In this document: positions 40,301 through 54,530 of the stretch, piece by piece
Numbering within the stretch: the first letter of the stretch is position 1
How the letters are laid out: each line of letters opens with the position of its first letter
The notes under the pieces: model-generated
The model's input: the letters and a program-made list of their open reading frames with translations, nothing else
Databases searched by the model: none
What the model was told of the DNA's origin: nothing
Assembly: GCF_009914755.1 (NCBI RefSeq)
Contig: NC_060937.1
Length of the DNA stretch: 64,000 bases
Direction: 5' to 3' (one strand)
From: the human T2T-CHM13v2.0 reference genome, Homo sapiens
Position numbers and translations under genes: made by a program

Positions 40301-41980
40301 GGAGTCAGTCCAGCTGTTCACATTACTTTCTTTAGTATCATCATCATCTGCAAACACACAGCCTACCAACCTGGGTGGAAATAAAACAAATTTTAACATG
40401 GAAGCAACTTTTCTCCATTCTTATCATTATTGATAATTCTTTGGGCCTATATATTTCAGAGTAATTAAATATTTTTCTTCTTTTTGTGTTCAAAATCAGA
40501 CTTAGGGGAAAAATAGGAATGAATATCATCATCATAAAGAAGCTTTTCTGTGTTATAGGATGAAGTGCCTTCTTCTCATCTGGAGGGATGACGTTCCGTG
40601 CTCTGTCAGGGGCTTTCCAGGAGAAAGCCCAGAATGATGCTGTTTAGTCTCATTTAGGCTCAAGCCTCTTCACAGAGGGGTGCTTCTCCGGTTCAGAGGA
40701 AGGCGAACTGATCTGAGAACGAAAACAAGCTGAAGATGATGAAGGAGCCAGGCTGGAAGTAAACAGGATCTCACATGCCCACTCTGCAAGAGGGCCAGAC
40801 AGATGGCTAACTCAAGGGAGGACATCCATGGAAAGAGCCCAGGACTTCATGTTTTCCAGCCTTGGCACCAACAAAATGGCCCTGCAATGAAGGGTGTCCC
40901 CCAGGAGCTCTTGCACACGCAGGGTGGTCACAGATCACTGGACCCTCACCACTGTGCAGGCATTAGGGGTTCCACCTATCAGGGAATAACTTGACAGCAA
41001 CTGCTGAAAATCTCTTTCCAAATCTAAAAGTTCAGTTGGAAATTCTTTACGGTAAATTATTTGTTCATTTCTGTTTTGTGAAAAACAGAATAAAAATGGA
41101 TTAGCTGCTTTTCAACAAAAAAGGTCATTACCCAGACTTATGGTCCAATTTTCCATTTCCTGCAAAGTTCTCACTCCGAGGAACTGGCACTGGAGGTATT
41201 TTGGCTAGACAGAGGTTCTGTCCTTGCCATTATCTATGTTCAAACATTAAAACATGTTACTGAAGGATGATGCAGAACTAAAAAAGAAACATGAATTTCT
41301 CTTGGGTCTCTAATACCTAAGCAAAACTTCCTAGGGACCTGAAGATACTACATGATTTCAAATTCTCTCTTTTGTGCTTCAGAGCCCAGTGTTAGAGTGG
41401 AATGACTCTATCAACGTTGTACATGGTACTGTACTCACAACACGGTTTTCTTCTCTGTCAAGCCCATCTAGAGAGCTGGACTAATTTTGCATACTTCCCT
41501 GGCCTGTCACTCAAGTTTGGTGAGTCTCTGCTTTCTTTATTCACATCCCACAGTTCCTGCCATCGAGTTAAGACTGTTCTGAGTCCTGTAAAAAGGAAAT
41601 GGATGAACTGACTTCTGAGTTGGTCAAACGTTCTGTTTTTAGGCAACTTGGAAAATTTCAAGACTGCATGATGGATGATGCGTACAGAAGCCATGGCAAT
41701 GCCTTTGTCCATAAAGCACATCTCTTCAAACCTCATACTTTGGAAGAAAGTTGCTTCTGCTGTAAATACAAAATGGTTTTACAAAATAGTTTGTAAAACT
41801 GTGCGTCTGAATAATTGAAGTAGGTAAATAAAAACTTTATAATGTATACTTATTCAAAAGCTCTTATTTTTAAAAATCACCGCAAATTTTGATTCCATTA
41901 TACTCTGGAAACCCAGGTGAGCACCTTAGGATGCTTGTCCACATGGAGCTCATGGTGCCAAATGTCTCATCCCCCTAAGG

Positions 41981-44594
41981 CAGTGGTCCCCAGCCCTGGG
42001 CCATGGGCCAGTACTGTGGCCTGTTAGGAATCGGGCCATACAGCAGAAGGTGACTGGTGGGTGAGCACGCATGGCCGCCTGAGCTCCACCTCCTATCAGA
42101 TCAGCGCAGCATTAAATTCTCATGAGAGTGTGAACTGTGTGGTGAACTGCACATGTGAGGGATCTGGGTTGCGCGTTCCTTATGAGAATCTAATGCCTGA
42201 TGATCTGAGGTGGAGCTGAGGCAGTGATGCTAGCTAGCACTGGGGAGCAGCTGCAAATACACATTAACATTAGCAGAGAGGTTTGACTGCACAGTGACCG
42301 TAATAAGTCAACTGCTTGCAGACTCATATCAAAACCCTCTCAGTGAGTGGCAAGTGATAATTAAGCTGCAGGTTTTGTAGTGGCAAGTGAGTTGATATAC
42401 TTCAATGCAGTTGCATCTGATGGCAGGCTTTAAGTCAGAATCCGACACTTATTTTAGTCCATACATGGCCTGCCTATTATTTTATTTACCACTTCCATCC
42501 ACACCTCTTTCCCACACTGCACACTTGTCTCAGTCACAGTTTTGATCAGCCCACAAGCTAACCCCAGCCAAAATGAGTAGAAAACAAACATCACTGGAGA
42601 GCTTCTTTGAAAAGGGGAAAAGAACCAATGATGAGACAGCAGAAGACTCTCAGTCTGCCAACGAAAAGAAAGCTGCATTTAAAAGAAAATACCAAGAGTC
42701 CTGCTTAAATTCCCCGTTCATTGCAACAGGTGATTCACATTCTCCAAGCCTGCTTTGTACACTGTATGGCGACCAGCTATCCAAGGAGGTCATGAAGCTT
42801 CAAAACTGCATTGCCACGTAGGGACTGAGGACCCTGCATTAAAAGGCAAACATTTGGAGTTTTTCAAAAGAAAAAAAATGTTAAACAAAGAACAGAAGCA
42901 ATTATTCAAGGCCACAACTTCATCATTCAAACACGTCTCCACTGAGAGCATCATTCCTAGTGGCTAACCACATTGCTAAAGCTAAGAAGCCCTTTACTAT
43001 TGGTGAAGAGTTGATCCTGACGGCTGCTAGGGATATTTGTCATGAACATTTAGAGCAGGCTGCAGTTCAAGAGGTGGCATGTGTTCCTCTTTCGGGTAGC
43101 ACCATAACTAGATGAACTGAAGAAATAGCAGAGGATACTGAGGCACAATTCTTAGAGAGGATTAATGAGGCACTGTGGTTGACAAGTCTACCGATGTTGA
43201 CCACAAAGCTAATAATGCTTGTTTCTGTGTGATATATTTTTCAGGAGGACGTGCATGAGGATATGTTATGTGTGCTTTTGTTTCCAACCAACACCACAGC
43301 TGCAGAACTATTCAGGCCTTCGAATGGTTACATATCAGGAAAACTGAATTGGTCATCTTGTGTCGGTATATGCACAGACAGAGTCTGTCTGGATGGCTTT
43401 ATAGTTTCATTACTCAGGTCAAAGAGGTCAGTTCTGAACGTGAGTCTGTGCATCATCCATAGAGACATGCTGGCTAGCCGAAAAATGTCACCTGAACTTA
43501 AGAACATTTTGCAGAATGTGATTAAATTTAGCAACGACATGCCCTTAGCTCACGTCTGTTCTTGCAGCTCTGTGAGGAGATGGACGCAGAGCACACACGT
43601 CTTCTCTGATACACAGAAGTGAGATGGCTTTCTAAAGGTAGCTCACTGGCCAGAGTCTTTGAGTTATGAGAACAGCCCCAGAGATTTCTTTTAGAAAAAC
43701 AGTCACCACTGGTGGCACATTTCAGTGACACAGAATGGGTTGCAAAACTTGCTTACTTGTGTGACATATTCAACCTGCTCAACAAACTCAATCTGTCACT
43801 TCAGGAGAGAATGACAACTGTGTTCGAGTCGGCAGATAAAGTGGCCGCATTTGAAGCCAAACTGGTATTACGGGGGTGATGAGTGAACACTGGGATTTCT
43901 GACATGTTTCAAACATTAGCAGAGATTTTGAAAGAGGCTGAGCCAGGGCCTTCTTTCCCCCAGCTGGTGCATGATCACCTACCTCAGCTTTCAAAAGAGC
44001 TTGAGCATTACTTGCCAACCACAAAAGACCCCGGAAGTGGGAAGGAATGGATCCACAACCCATTTGTGAGTAAGCCAGGTGAATCAACTTTGTTTGTGCT
44101 AGAAGAGGATCAACTGCTTGAGATTGCAAATGATGGTGGCCTTAAAAGTATGTCTGTGGCAACTTCAAATCTCCATACATTCTGGATTAAGGTCAAGGAG
44201 GAACATCTTGAGATTGCCACAAAAGCATTGAAAAGCCTGCTTCCATTTCCAACATCCTATCTTTCTGAAGCAGGGTTTCTGCAGCGACAGCAACCAAATC
44301 AAAAATACAGAGTAGACCAGACATAACCAACACAGTTGGGTGCCACCGTCTCCCATCACCCCCAGATGGGACCGTCTAGTTGCAGGAAAACAAGCTCAGG
44401 GCTCCCACTGATACTACATTATGGTGAGTTTATAATTATTTCATTATATACTACAACGTAATAATCATAGAAATAAAGTCCACAATAAAAGTAATGTGCT
44501 TGAAACATCTGGAAACCATCCCCCCACCTCAGTTTGTGGAAAAACTGTCTTCCATGAAATTGGTTCCTGTTGCCAAAAAGTCTGGGGACTGCTG
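41981..44594 (+). mobile_element. Charlie3 (hAT DNA transposon, parent of MER1A/MER1B), apparently full length
   Basis: TIRs cagtggtccccag / ctggggactgctg; 8-bp flanks ccctaagg / ccttcagg (6/8); MER1B-type left end and MER1A/B-type right end; internal transposase. Confidence 0.92.
42573..44411 (+). pseudogene. Decayed hAT (Buster/Charlie) transposase, homologous to the ZBED5/ZBED8/SCAND3-type family
   Basis: MSRKQTSLESFFEKG...RKYQES; IAKAKKPFTIGEELI; VDKSTDV (43181); CIIHR (43449); TEVRWLSKG; LAYLCDIF; LLPFPTSYLSEAGF; ends LVAGKQAQGSH*; multiple frameshifts and stops. Confidence 0.9.
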
Positions 44595-44924
44595 CCTTCA
44601 GGTTACTATGGGTCAGAAGACCTTGCCATCTTTTGCCAAAGTTTGCCTTTCTGTTGTTTCCTAAAGCATAGGCAATAAATGTAATAACTTATGAATGGTA
44701 TGTTTAACATGCTTTTGGTAATCTTGTCTTATGAAGAGAAATAAATGTGCTCCAAATTCTTCCACAAGCAAAAGAATCAGATCAGTAATTTCCTCTGGGA
44801 GTGAGAGGGGTGGACTTGGCTGGGAGAAGTGGGAGAGAACTGTCTGGGTCATAGTGCTAATGTTCTTATCTATTCTGGTAAAGGTTGGGTAACATAGATG
44901 TATTCATGGGTCAAAACTGATTTC

Positions 44925-45190
44925 AGAGTGTTGATTTACATTAAAACCTGTAAACAAAAACTGAACTCTAGTTAATGGTATGTATGTTGAAGTGTTAAGG
45001 GAAAGTGTAAAGAAATGCAAGATGAATGAACGGTTGGAGCTACAGATAGAAAGAAGGGTGATAAAGCGAGTATAGTCTAGTGTTGATGGTAGAATTAAAC
45101 TTAAATGGTGTCCATACAGGTGTTGAATAAAACCCCCTTGACTTGCTGTCTGCATGATTTAAAAATTTTAAAACAAAATGTTGGAAAAAG
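44925..45190 (+). mobile_element. L1ME-type 3' end
   Basis: tgaactctagttaatggtatgtatgttgaagtgttaaggg...gtgataaagcgagtatag...tgttgatggtagaat...aaaattttaaaacaaaatgttggaaaaa. Confidence 0.6.
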
Positions 45191-47577
45191 TCATCTCACT
45201 TCATAACATCAGGTTATAAACTTCAATGCGAACTTCCTCTTAATGCAAAACCTTCTGCCCATTATAAAAAAAAATGTATATATTGCCTGAGACACAGCAT
45301 TAAGTTAAATTTACAGAGAAAAGGAATATGTCAGTCTCCAAGAATCTTACGGGTGAGTGGAGACAAGATTTATATCTGTACACCTCCCTTTAAAAACAAA
45401 CAGCAAAGTTTGTGTTTGCAACCTGTTACTGGAGTTTAAATTTTCCAACAGCCTCTTTCTCCTGAATGCTGAAATACCCTGGGGGGAAAAACCCAGGCAA
45501 GTTTGACTTAACCACTTAGAGAAAAGTCCACTTGGTGCAATAACTAGCCCCAGGGTTTATCAAGCAAATATCCCCACTCTGCCTGACTCATTCCAAGGTA
45601 TTTGTTCAAGGCATCGTCCTGTGTAATGCAATTGGTCATATCACACGCTTCAGTACTTTTTTTTTTCTTTTTACCATGCATCCCTTTTCTTGTACACTGA
45701 CCTACTGAGAGGCTCTTCCTGACAGATCAGCTATGAGACTGCACTGGTCTACATCCCTTCCACTCCGTCCTCTCTCATCATCTGCCTTGTTCCTGAGAAG
45801 ATGTGTTTGATGAGTAATTCCAATACAGATCTTGCACTGTTGGCTGACTTCTCCAACTTGTTAATTAATTCATAAAATGGTTTTCTGTTAATTAAAGAGG
45901 AAAGGGCTCCATCTAGCTGTTTGGGAGACAGAAAATGCATCCCAGGATTGACAGCAGGAAGGGGCTATGTGAGTTACCCTGTTCCTCTTTTTTTAGATGA
46001 CATCTGTGGAAAACAATAAACTTCACTTCCTTTCTTAAAACAGTGGGAAATGCAGACATCTGCTATTTGCAATAACTAAATCCTAACTCAAGATATTTTC
46101 GAGCAGAACTTGATAAATGTCCTGAACTTCTGCAATGCAACCCCAAATTTCAATCATATTTATTCTTTTTCTCTCCCCTTCATGTATTTTAAGGAGAGTA
46201 TCTGGCATGCTCACCAAAATCTGCAAAGAAACACACATGCAAAGTTGGTAAATATTGTAGTTCAGTTATATGAATTCCCAGCAAGTGTGTAAGAAGAAAA
46301 TCAACCCAATTTGCAAAAGGACCTCACAGAGCTGAGGCTGGGCTGAGCACTGTCACTTTCCGTAGCTTGCGAGGTCTCTGTGCCACTGTCAACCAGGTAC
46401 AGTGTCCCTGTCAGCTGGCCCTAGAAGGCTGTGCATGGATAACCAGGCTTATTTGCCAAGGGACACCTTGGCATGGAACACAAAGGGCACATCACAGGAT
46501 AACCTGCTGTAGCATGATTGGCTTCAGAGTAGCTCTGATATCAAACCGATAGTCAGGTGCTGGGGCAAAGAGCTGCGATTTCTCAAAGATTCCTGCAGTG
46601 AGCTCGGAGGCTGCATTGCAGGAAGAAATAACAGCCAAGGAGCCCTGGCTATGATGCTGCAGAGAGTCAGGAAAAACAGGGAACATTGACCTGGAACGTC
46701 CCAGTGAGCGTGGAATGTGTTGAGCATTGGATGCGAGGCCCCTGAGCTGTTGGAGGGTCTGGTGCTCTGTGTGTGCAGACGGCATGCAAGTGCAGGCACA
46801 TGTTCTGTATGCCGTTTTGGGAGAGGCGGCAGAGGTGCTGCTCAGAAAAGGCTGTGTTCAAATAGGATTTGCAGAAGAGACGCCCAGGAATTGTAAGAAT
46901 TCAGCAGACTCTCTCAGAGCTGCCCCCAGGCACTCGTTTCCAAAGAGCATGGAGCCCGAGGTTCTCTCCACCCTGCGACTGAGTTCGCTTTTTACCGGAG
47001 ATAAAGGTCCAGGTAACATTAGGTCGCCTACCCTATAGATAACAAGCAGCCACTCAGGTTCATTTCAGTCACTTCTGTGTCCCCTACAAGATTCTCTCTA
47101 CTGCCGCAGGCAGCGGGAAGCCGGAAAAGTAAGCCTGTGTCTCTGCAGGAGCCACCTAACTGCACCAGGACTCACGGAGAGGGAAATGAAATGACACCAA
47201 CTCTGAGTGAATAGGAGTTCCGACGCAGGAGAACCAGTGTGAATGGAAGTAGGACGAGATAACATAAAATTAATTTCTTTCCATTGAAAAGTCATATGGA
47301 ATTTTACCTTACTGAACCCATGATCTCAAGAAAATTTCCTGCTGTTTTCCTCTGAAATGCTTGTCAGATACTAATTCAACAGCACACGAGAGGATGACAG
47401 AGCAATCACCATCTTCAGCTTAGCTTCAGTGTCAAGACGTCGCATTGCTGTCGTGAGACAGCGCTGCTCAAGTTGAATTATTTGACATATGAAGAAACTG
47501 GAATCTATGAACTGACTGACTCACCCAGGTTTGCTGTTTGTGGCAAAAGTGCAGTTGCAGTCCTGGCATCTACACTC

Positions 47578-48010
47578 CTGTCTTGGTCTGAGGATCTTCT
47601 GAAGAGGGCCCAAGGCAGGGATTCAAAGGCCAGGAGTTTACTTGGAAGATCCTCCTGGAGAATAAGGACTAAACTAAGCAGGGAAGTAAAGGAAGCTGAA
47701 GAAGTGTGCATAACCAGGCGTGCTGCCACCGTGGGCAACTGGAGATTCATTCTGCTGGGACCCGTGTCAACTGGACAACTCAGAGTTGTCTCATCCAAGG
47801 GGTGAGGGAGAGGAGGCATTTATCTACCAACTCCTAACAGTTCTTGGTTTGGAGCTGAACTGGAGGTGAAGAGCCTCAGTATCTCCCACCTATTGTAGAA
47901 ACAGCAAATCCCTAGGAACCAGGAGAAGCCCCCAGGCACAGAGATGCAGGTGCCAGCCATTGAAGTTATGTCGCATGTGCTAAAATAACAAAAGCCAAAG
48001 AAATGGGGCA
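47578..48010 (-). mobile_element. LTR33-like ERVL LTR
   Basis: ggattcaaaggccaggagtttacttggaag...cagggaagtaaaggaagc...gccaccgtgggcaactggag...ctcagagttgtc...aggggtgagggag...atttatctaccaactcc. Confidence 0.7.
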
Positions 48011-48067
48011 GCTAAAACTCCTAACTCCAGTCTGTGTCTGCATTTTAATGGATCAGAAATGTACTAT

Positions 48068-48150
48068 GGCCAGGTACAGTGGCTCACACCTGTAATCCCA
48101 GCTCTTTGGGAGGGCAAGGTGGGGGAAGATCACTTGAGGCCGGGAGTGCA
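48068..48150 (+). mobile_element. 3'-truncated (tail-less) Alu/FLAM left-arm fragment
   Basis: ggccaggtacagtggctcacacctgtaatcccagctctttgggagg...gatcacttgaggccgggagtgca; flanked by agaaatgtactat / agaaatgtattgt. Confidence 0.88.
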
Positions 48151-49754
48151 AGAAATGTATTGTGGCTTACAACAAAATCTATCTCCTTTCTTTGTCCATA
48201 CAGATTGAGAAAAGGGAAGACCATTTATTCCTCTAATCTACAACTCAGCTCTTTTTCCCCTCAAGTTTAGCTCTGATAGGCAGACTCTCAAAAATGTTAC
48301 CCCTTAAAGAGAGGATGCTTACTACCCATGAAATTACCCAAATAATTCAGGAAAGTATGATCAGACAAGGAGAATGAAAATGACTTCAGTTCCAGTGTTG
48401 TTATAAAATGTTTTACGTCCAAATTCCTCAGATATGAGTCAGATTATGTGAGTACTGCAAGAAAAATATACATTTATGTCTTTTTCACAGCAAACTTCAT
48501 GGCAATTAAGTCAAATAAACGCTTAAGGGATCTCAGTCCTGTTTTTTTTGTTGTTGTTATTGTTGGATATTGGAGGAGAAGGTGGAGGATGTCCTCTAAC
48601 TGTGAACAGTAGAATGGGACCTGCTGTCTTTTAGATCAGCAATGTCCAAGAGTAAGATGCGTCAACATCTATAACCCATCGAATTCCCCAGTGCTTAGTC
48701 AAAAAGAAGACGTGGCGGTCAAGGAAGAGACCATGTAGGTACTAGAGTAAAAGTGGAGAAGATGGCCCCGAATAATAAAAGAGTGAGGATTTTGTGTAGG
48801 TCTTAAAAGCAAATAGCAAGGGAGTGTGTGTACAGGAAGACATGAGACACAGGGAACAGGAAGAGTTATCCCACGATGGCAGGGAGAGGGATGTGCCTGT
48901 GAGCCTGAGAATGACATGGAGCCTGGGGGTGGAGATGGGGGACGTGGGGAGGTGGCCCTTCACAGAGTAATGTGTGAGATTTTGACTGTGGCTTTGACAC
49001 CCGGGCAGAGGACTTTTGTGCAGGGGATGCTGAGGATGGACTGTGCAGACCCAGACCCTGGGTCCCGAGGAAACGATGCCTGGGATTTACAGGAAAATAA
49101 TGGCTGGCCCCAGAATCCCAGGTCTCATTCACCAAAATTCAAACTAATTTAAGTTCTCCATGCTGTCAGCCTTAACAGAAAACTTTTCATTTCAAAGTTT
49201 ACCATTTGCATGTGTAGCACGTGTGAACTCCCATATTCACACTCCAAATAGCTGTGAGTGCCCCACAGAGGAAAGCTTAGTGCTCTGAAGGGGTCACAAG
49301 TAGGTCCAGGCTATTTCATTCCCCATACGCTAAGGCCCTTCTGTCGCCGTACAATTTTACTATTTGACATTAAAAAAGTAATGTTTGTCCATGTATACCG
49401 CTCCTGTGAAAGTAAGACAGAGCTGTTTCCCAAACAATTACAATTTGTACTCCATGTACAAATCAGAGTATTAAGGGGTCATATTTTTGTTCCTTCCAGC
49501 ATCCATAAAATCTCAGAAGCATGTCATACCCACCAATGTGTTCTCTCCTGTCATCATAACTCATCGTCTTATTAATAGGCTGATGCTCTCTGTAGATGCG
49601 CAGAAAAATGAGAACGTCAGTCCCCAACACAACTGCAATCTTTTCTTCTGAGTTCCTTCAATTAGGAGCAAAACAAAGGCATGCTTTTTCTTTAACTATC
49701 TGTTATAGTGAGTTGAGGCTCTATGGGTATAACTTTAAAATTCTACTCATTTCC

Positions 49755-50140
<386 letters not shown>

Positions 50141-50435
50141 CTATTTCAGCACCAAAAGCAGCACTGTGTTGTGCACGTGTGTGAGTCTACTGTTGGTTAG
50201 TCGTGGAACAACTCACCATGTCTCCAGAATATTCTACAAAGAGACATCTGCCATTTGCACGTGCATGCTATCGGTCCATCTGAAAAGCCTCATAGTCATC
50301 ATCCTAAAGGGATGCTTTCTTAATTCCCCTGGCAACTTACGACTTGACAAAGTGACTTTGACCGGAAATAATCTGCTTTGGGAACCTCCCAGGTGACGGA
50401 CAGCCTTGGACAGCCAGTTAATTTCAAAGGCCCAA

Positions 50436-50852
50436 TGTGATAGTTAAGGTTGTGTGTGAATGTGGCCAGGCCACAGTACCCAGATATCGGGTCCAACGCA
50501 TCTGGATGTTGGTGTGAAGTTATTTTTTAGTTGATGTAAACATTTAAATCAGGAGACGCTGACAAAGTAGATGATCCTCAAAAATGTGGGTGGGCCTTCT
50601 CTAAATAGCTGAAGCCTTTCAGTAAAAGGCCGATCTCCCCAAGGAAGAGGGAATCCTGCCAGCAGATGGCCTTAAGGCTTAAACGGTCATATCCATAGGC
50701 TCTCCCCTGAGTATCCAGCTTGCTGGCCTATCCTGTGAATTTCAGACTTGCCAGCCCTCGCAGTAGTACAAACCAATTCCGTAAAATAAATCTCTCTCCT
50801 CTCTCTCTCTAAAGAGACTATTGGTTCTGCAGCTCTGAACAATCCTAATACA
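50436..50852 (+). mobile_element. MLT2 (C/D-type) ERVL solo LTR
   Basis: tgtgatagttaagg...ggccacagtacccagatat...aacatttaaatcag...aatgtgggtgggcct...ctattggttctg...cctaataca; perfect 5-bp TSD cccaa. Confidence 0.9.
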
Positions 50853-51334
50853 CCCAACCATCCCTACCAAAAAAAACCTATGTCTTTTCACAACATCCTA
50901 GGCCAATAGAGTGTCTTTCACCAATGACAGCCATGTTTTTCAGCCTTGTGGGTGAACAAAATGCTGAAGGTACCTTCTGGGAGGGGATTGTGGTCAGCAC
51001 AGCTCTTGCTCACATCTTTTGTGCTTCGTTTCTTCTGTGCACCAGTTTATTCCAGCCCTTCGTCCCTCACAGCATTCTCTTCGACTGAACATTTTGGTGC
51101 ATTCACTGACTTCCTGTGAAGGTCACCTATTCACTTCACTCTCTAATGCAGGGCTGAACTAGCTGCAGTGGCACAGAGATTAGGAGAGGCCCGAGAAGCA
51201 AGTCCATCTCTAGGTGCTCAGAGAAACATGGCCCTGGGGGTGGCCCTGAAGACAGAAACTTCCAGCAGCTGCTACCACAGAAGTCTACATGGGGTTTCTT
51301 AAGAGGAAGGCCAATCCCAGACATTAGGAAGCAT

Positions 51335-51545
51335 CATAATAATTGATGACATTGTTTGAATGTGGCCTATAGGTCAGGCAGTGTTCTAAGGGGTTTACTG
51401 ACCACACCTCATTTGGTCTTGCCAGCAGCCTCCCAGGCACATATTTCCAAGGATCTCCACTTTACACCTGAGGGATGCAAGGCACTCATCTGTGAAGTGA
51501 CTTCCCCAAATCACATGCTATGACATGGTGAAGCCAGGACTCCTG
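51335..51545 (-). mobile_element. MIR
   Basis: ggtcaggcagtgttctaagggg...ctcatttggtc...ctccactttacacctgagg...gtgaagtgacttccccaaatcaca...aagccaggact. Confidence 0.65.
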
Positions 51546-51784
51546 AGACCCACCTGTCAACCACCAGATCAAGACTTGGTGATATTTGGAGATCCAAGTG
51601 TGTGGCTAAAAACAGGGTCAGTTGTCAGAGAGTGGGGCCATGCAGAGTATCTGTGCAAAGGGGGTGATGGCACCCTAGTCATACTAGTGGGTAACGGTCA
51701 TTTCCTGGAGCACTGGGAAAGAGCTCTGTCATGGGGAGCCAGCTATGGGAACTGGGAAACAAGAGGAGGCTGGACTTCATGCTC

Positions 51785-51915
51785 GATTTAAACCCCAGCC
51801 CCATCACCACAAGCGATGAGACTTGGAGCAACTTCCACAGCCTCTCTGAGCTTCATCTGAATAGCAAGGATAAGAGCCGTTTCACATGGCTACTGTGAGG
51901 ATTAAGTGTGAAAAT
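51785..51915 (+). mobile_element. MIR
   Basis: aaaccccagcccc...gagacttggagcaacttcc...cctctctgagcttcatctg...ctactgtgaggattaa. Confidence 0.6.
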
Positions 51916-53567
51916 AGGATGGTCCCAGGGAAAGTGGGTGCTTGGAATCATGACAGGAGCAAAATATAATCCTGGTTATCACAGATGTTGCATGAAGTCA
52001 CGGCCAGACACATGGTGAACCCCACTTTGCTGGGCCTCAGAGAATAAGACTGAGTTCTTAGGGCACCTAAGGTCCAGTTGACCTTAGAGTCAGGATGGAA
52101 CTGGCACTAAGGTGAGGGAAGTGAGGGGACCAGGGTGCACAGTTCAAGGAGGCACCCATGCTCTGGGTGGGGCACATACAGGGGAGGCAGGGGAGAACGA
52201 GTGCCTCCTTAAATCCTGCTCCCTGCATATCTGGACTGGGAAGTGGGGCTGCACCCAATGTTGGGGTGATGCCTGCAGGGAGGAACAGTCTACAGAGAAA
52301 ACCAGGGACACTGCACCCAAGGCTGGCCCAAGTGCTGGTGAGTGACTGTCTTGTGATTTTAACTGATCTTGCGGTCCAAACCATCTAGTCATGCCTCAGA
52401 GCAGATGTTTTGGCTTAACTGGGTAGTTATCTGCACCACCCTAATAAATCAGCCAATTGTTCAGATTTATGCCACAACATTAACAGGTTGGCTTCACCTA
52501 GCAGTTGATCTATTGATATAATAAGGCACTGTATTTTCAAGAGAACATGAGGATATCCTTTGAGATTTGGATTTCTGCATAATATGTGGGCCCACTGGGT
52601 CACTTGCCGGCGCGAATAAATCTTACACACTCTACACTCACACTCACATGGAAATGTCTTAAAATCCACAGATAAGTACAAAACAGATTGCCAGCTGGCA
52701 TACACAGTAAATATTTGTAGATACACATCAATTAAATGTTACTAGGAACTCCTGTGCTTAAGCACAAGCACTCAGGACCACATTCCAAATTTTCCCCACT
52801 CAGTTTCCACAGCACCAAGCCTCTTTAAAACATGAGGAAGTTCTGGGTACAAGGAAACTTCTACCAAGCTTTCGTTTAGAAGGAGTTGAAATGTCTAAGG
52901 TAAATTGGATGCTATAATGGAACAAACAGCAGATCCTAAATGAGGGTAGCACTGCCAAGCCCAGCCATAATGTTGTCTATTGTAATCACCCTGGACGTGC
53001 TCCAGCACCTGTGATGACTCAAAAGGTCCGTGCCGGGAGCACCAAAAGGAGACTCCTCTCTGCCACAAAGAATGTGTATTAAGCATTACGTTCTGGTCTA
53101 GCCAAGAGGGTGACATGCGGTTCCTCACTTGAGCAGATCTATTTCTTCACATCTCTGATTGTGTCACGTACAAAGGCCACTCGAGCACAAGCTCACGTCC
53201 TGTCCAGAGCATTTCTACACCAGGGCCACCTTGCCCTTGGCCTCCTATCTCTGGTTTCTGCCTCCTTCCCTCCCATTGCTCAACTCCAACTTCCCAGGAT
53301 AGGATCAGTGTCCCATTGGAACCGCAGCACCAGCTCTTCCCAGCCCACTGAAGACCCTGCCTGTGAAGTCTCACTTGTCTTCAGGGCCCACAGGATATGT
53401 AGACTGGATGAACCTCAAACCAAAATAATAACTCTCAGCTGTCTCTACTCCACATGAGACCTTAGAGCCTGCAACCCTCAGGTCATAGGCCTTCTTCTTC
53501 TTAGAATGTCTTCTTATTCAAGGGATGATTCTGTTTTTAAGCCACACCTAAATATTGTGACTCTTGA

Positions 53568-53894
<327 letters not shown>

Positions 53895-54364
53895 AACTCT
53901 TGAATTTTCAAAAGATAACATACATGGGCAAATAATTATATCAAGCCATAAAGGCTCCGGTTACATACAAACTGCATCTAGCGTAACAGGATCAAATTAC
54001 GAAACAAACGGTTCACCCAAAATTGATTGCCACACTCATAAAGTGAGAACTATTTAAAAACTGGAGACTGATGAAATGCCCATTGAATACTTCCCGAAGG
54101 TTTCCACAAGGTACTAGGGGAAGAGAGTGCAATGGGAATCTCGCCCGACACTAGGTCAGTGGCTGTTACAACTTTCATAGCAACTGCACATTTTACTTGT
54201 GCTTTTCCTAAAATTTACTCTTGAATTTAATAGTGATGAAGAATGTAGAGTGTATCAGCAAATTGAGACACTAGCAAGTAAGTGTAGAAAATAAATGACC
54301 ATGAAATTTTTGGAGGAAACATTTGTATGGGTGTTTGTTTACCTTGTTTTGACCAGCATAGTAT

Positions 54365-54530
54365 AATATTGTCGAATTTATGGAGTACCTACAACGTTCC
54401 ACGTGTTTTTTATTACTCTGCAAGGTAGGCATTGTGGCTACGCACAGATGAATTAACCAAGGTTCAGAGAAGTAAAGTCGTTTGCTTAAACTTGCAGTCA
54501 GTAAGGGTCTGAGCTTGATTTGAAGGTGAT
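54365..54530 (-). mobile_element. MIR
   Basis: atttatggagtacctac...caaggtaggcattg...cagatgaattaaccaaggttcagagaagtaaag...gatttgaa. Confidence 0.55.

Noticed and set aside
50144-50164. REST/NRSE-like ttcagcaccaaaagcagcac
   Set aside because: Left half-site only; the essential GGACAG right half is absent
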